Below, one piece after another: positions 60,280 to 64,000 of a stretch of DNA of 64,000 nt. Origin of the DNA: Sphagnum compactum (taxonomy: Eukaryota). Where the stretch lies: NCBI GenBank assembly GCA_965153455.1, contig OZ234493.1, forward strand, positions 2,666,001-2,730,000, read 5' to 3'. Below the pieces are notes generated by a model that searched no databases, was not told the DNA's origin, and was given only the letters and a program-made list of their open reading frames with translations. How positions within the stretch are numbered: the stretch's first letter is position 1; each line of letters opens with the position of its first letter. Position numbers and translations under genes: made by a program.

Positions 60280-61614
60280 ACTACCTACTTAATAAGTTAG
60301 GCTACCTACCTAATAGCCTAGGTGGCCTAGCCTAGGTTAGCTACATAAGCTTAACCTAAGCATAGTTTAGGCTATGTATTTACATAGGTAGCCTAGGTTA
60401 AGCTATGTACCTACCTAGTAGCCTAGGTTAGGTTACGTACTTACCTAGTGGACCTAGGTGGCCTAAATTAAGCTACCTGTTTTGTAGGCCTAGGTGGCTT
60501 AAGTCATGCTACATACCTAGTAGGCCTAAATGGCCTAGGTTAGGCTACCTACCTTGTAGGTCTAGGTGGCCTAATCTAGGCTACATACCTAGTAGGCATA
60601 AGTTAGCTTACCTACCTTGTAGTCCTAAGTGGCCTACTCTACATACGTAGTTACCAAGTAGATCAATAGCCTAGGTTAGGCTACCTACCTTATAGGTCTA
60701 AGTGACCTACACTACATGTATAACTACCAAATAGACCTCAATAGCCTAGGTTAAGTTACTTACTTAATAGGCTTAAATGGCTTAGGTTAGGCTACCTACC
60801 TTATAGGCCTAGATGGCTTACACTACATATGTAACTACTACATAAACCTTAATAGCTTAAGTTAGGCTATCTACCTCGTAGGTTGAGGTGGCCTAGGCTA
60901 CTGACCTAATTAATAGGATAAGCTACCTACCTACTAAACTTAGGTGGCCTATGTTATTTTATACTTAGTAGGCTTAGGCTAATAAGCTACCTACATGGTT
61001 AATAGGTCTACCTAATAAGCTTAGGTCACTTAAGATATTTATCTAAAAAATGTACACTACTTAATTAAAAATTATGTAGTAGTCTTAGGGTACATCCTAG
61101 GTAACCTATTAGGTAGGTCTAGGCTAGGCTACCTAACTAGGCTACTAATTAGGTTATTACTTAACAAGTAGCCTACTATCCTATTAATTATGTTAGGTAG
61201 ATAGGTAGTTTAGGCCTAGTTTACCATACTAGTTATGTTAGGTTAGTTAGGTAACCTACTTGTTTAACAAGTAAGCTAAGTCATCAAATGAGTATGGCTC
61301 AGTTGACTAAATGTCAAATCATAATGGTCAATTTGAATAAGGGTCAAATTAGGATGGTTAATTTGATTAAACCCTATCCATTTAATATAACCAATTTGAT
61401 TAAGCCATGGCCATTTTGATGGACGTTTGTTCATCTTGATTAAATTTTTGGCTTGACATTTAGTCAAATAGGTCACTTTAATCAAACATACTGATCAAAT
61501 ATGACACATGTGTTTTTCATGCCCCGAACCTTTAGTCAAATGGGACATACCCTTCAATTAGTGTGGACATTTCAGTCAAGTTGGCCTTTTGAAAAGTCAT
61601 GATTTCTTGTAGTG
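60280..61614. mobile_element. CACTA-like element end with CCTAGGTTAGGCTACCTACC repeat array
   Basis: Terminus GATTTCTTGTAGTG at 61601-61614 (reverse complement CACTACAAGAAATC); TAGTCAAA subterminal repeats; dense CCTAGG array at 60280-61270. The other end was not found. Confidence 0.55.
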
Positions 61615-61699
61615 CATGTTCGTCCCCAAGCTCTTTTTGATCAAGAACCAAATATTAAATGACCAGATGTAACGCCAAATGCCACTTTGGGATGTTTTT

Positions 61700-62480
61700 C
61701 TTTTTCACGAACATTTTTAAAAGACCATGAGACATAAAAGGATTTCTTGAAATATGCATGTTATTTGTCACTAAAGGTTTTTTGCCACTGAAGATTGTTG
61801 AAAATGTTTGGTTCCATATATTGGCTCTCTAGTTGTGCCTTAGGGTACTAAACTTCCCTTATAGGAAAGTTTTTATTGAAGATTTTCCTTTTTGCATTGG
61901 TGAAAAAAACCTTGAGAACATACATTGTGCAACTTGCTTTTGTTGAATATTTATTAGCCACATTCACTTTCAATCTTTGGATGTTGAAAGGGCTTATAAT
62001 GTTTTTTTGATAGTTGTTAATTTTTTGTCCACTATTTAGGAACCCAAAAATGTCAATGTTGAATTCTTTGAGGCCCATCATACAAATGGGCCTACCATGG
62101 CTATGAAGTTAGAAGCAATCCTTGACAAATTGAGTTCACACCAAAGATTATATGGTTTACATCAAGGATGAAGGCTCCAATTTGCAAGTTGTGCAATGAT
62201 TTTCAATTCAATTATGTCATGTGGAGACCTCGACATGGTTGAACCATTTGATGGTTATTGTTTCGATCATTCACTATCCAAGATATGTCAATATGCCACT
62301 TGTGATGGCAAGGTGTGTTGTAAATTACATTATGCATCAATAAAATCTACCCAAAATGACATCCATAAATGTATCACACGGCTGAATTTGTTTTGGCAAA
62401 GTGAAGCAAACATGGGAAAAAACACATGCAAAATTAGGTTTGAGCCTATGCAAATTAAACACCCTAGTGAATACGAGGTG
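61700..62480 (+). pseudogene. Degenerate hAT transposase relic (fourth lineage)
   Basis: Fragments KGFLPLKIVENVWF, TFTFNLWM, VVNFLS, YIKDEGSNL, GYCFDHSLSKICQYAT and KLNTLVNTR; frameshifted. Confidence 0.6.
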
Positions 62481-62659
62481 CATATTTAAAGTTAAGACCT
62501 TAGGTTTTTATGTTTTATGGTTGGAAGTTTAAAGTTTAAATCCTTTTGTTGGATCCCCATACAAGGTAACAATAATCAATAACAACATTTAGAAACGTCA
62601 ATAATAGTTTATAATTTAAATCCAGTTCAATGTTTGATTGAAAAGTAGGTGAAAGTGGT

Positions 62660-64000
62660 TAATTTCCATGGTTGATTTTTTTCAAGGTGGTTCTGATTTT
62701 TTTACATGGTTGGTCTTGTGATTTTTTGGGTGGCCTACCATGGGCAAAAATTACGCCTCCATATCCTTGTGAATTTTGTTATTGAAGTTCTTTTCCATGG
62801 TTGGTTTTTTTTTTCCTAGAAGTGTTTGTGATTTATTTTGTGGCCAATCTTGTGATTTTTTTGGTGTTTATCATGGGTATAAGGTTCCACCTTCACCCCC
62901 TTGTGAATTTTAGTGTCCAAGTTCTTTTCCATGGTTGATTTTTATTTTCCAAAGGTGTGTGGGTGTAAGCAGGATAACATGAGCCACATTTGCCTACTTT
63001 TGTGATTGCTTTTGGGGAAATATTTTTAGAATATTCTTGAAATATTCTTGAAAAAGTCTTCAATTCTTTCTTAAAAATATCTTCATACTATTTTATTAAC
63101 GTTCATGTTCAAAATTTGGTAAAAAATGTCATTTTCAAAAAAATTGAAATCCATTTACAAGTCCTTCTACTATTTAAAAGCAAGCGTTACACTGCTTAAA
63201 AAGTGTTTTTGTTAATTTTTTATTCATTGGATTGATTTCGAATTAATTCACGTGTTCCCATGATATATTAAAAATACAACTATATAAACAAATCTTACAA
63301 TTTCAACATCACATTAAATTATGACTTTAAAACATGAAAAGACCAAGCAAGTGTTACACTTGCTATGGTACGTGTTATTGTGACTGGACCCATGTGAGGC
63401 TTATTTACATGACTAATCTTGTGCATTTTTGGGTGAGCCATGGGTTCAAGGTTGTGCCTCCCCCAGCTTTTTGGATTTTTTTATTTAGGTTCATTTTCAT
63501 GGTTGGTATTTTTCAATCCAAGGGTGTTTATGGATTATTCATATGGTTAATCTTGAGAAATTTTTTGGGTGGCTTGCCATGGGTATAATAGCTTTCACAA
63601 TTTTATGAATTTCTTTTTCCAATTTTTTTTCCATGTTTGATTTTTTTTTCCAAGGATGATTTTATATTTTTGTACACCATTGATTTGTGATCCAATATCA
63701 TGTGTTTTTTTCATCTAGCATCAAATGTCAATGACATTTTGAGGTAGTTTCTCCTTATGGTCCATCAAGCTCTTTTCAATTAAATATAATGTGGTGTTTG
63801 GAATCAATTTCAAATTTCACATCAATTGCCTATTTCCACTATATATTTTCTAGGAAAGAAGTTCAATATCCTTCTATCATGGTTTACACATTATGGATTT
63901 GATGTAATTTGAGTTTAATTGAACTTTATGGTGGCTTGTACATGGTTAATTTCAACCGACTTTAGCTTTGTGTGGTTAATTTGAGTTTTGTAATAGGTTG
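62660..64000. repeat. Degenerate CCATGGTTGATTTTTTT-containing repeats
   Basis: The motif recurs at ~62666, 62795, 62929 and 63631, with TCTTGTGATTTTTT...CATGGG...CCTTGTGAATTTT blocks. Confidence 0.55.

Overview
AT-rich, intron-containing land-plant nuclear DNA. The transposon families and gene style suggest a bryophyte such as a peat moss; that is inference only. The window is mostly a nest of transposons around a small tandem cluster of wall-associated kinase (WAK) genes: an apparently intact copy (37856-41072), a pseudogene (18194-21762) and a 5' stub (~16690-17079). The most notable object is a young 5.4-kb hAT DNA transposon (29341-34731; perfect 17-bp TIRs, perfect 8-bp TSD GTGCATCT). 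It keeps an uninterrupted 646-aa transposase ORF and also carries ~3.0 kb of captured genomic host DNA. That cargo is a 4-exon BT1-type mitochondrial-carrier gene whose first intron holds two HD-Zip II homeobox exons from a different gene. A cargo-free sister copy (3038-5907, TSD CATATTCA) lies in the same window, so the capture junctions can be read to the base. Also present: a second, unusual hAT family (10708-13153); an old intron-containing hAT relic split by a CACTA element and by the cargo-bearing hAT; Ty3/gypsy gag and pol relics; two related solo LTRs; a DUF7869/Sola-like transposase relic; a ~950-bp foldback; and AT-rich tandem repeats. All alignments and counts were done by eye.
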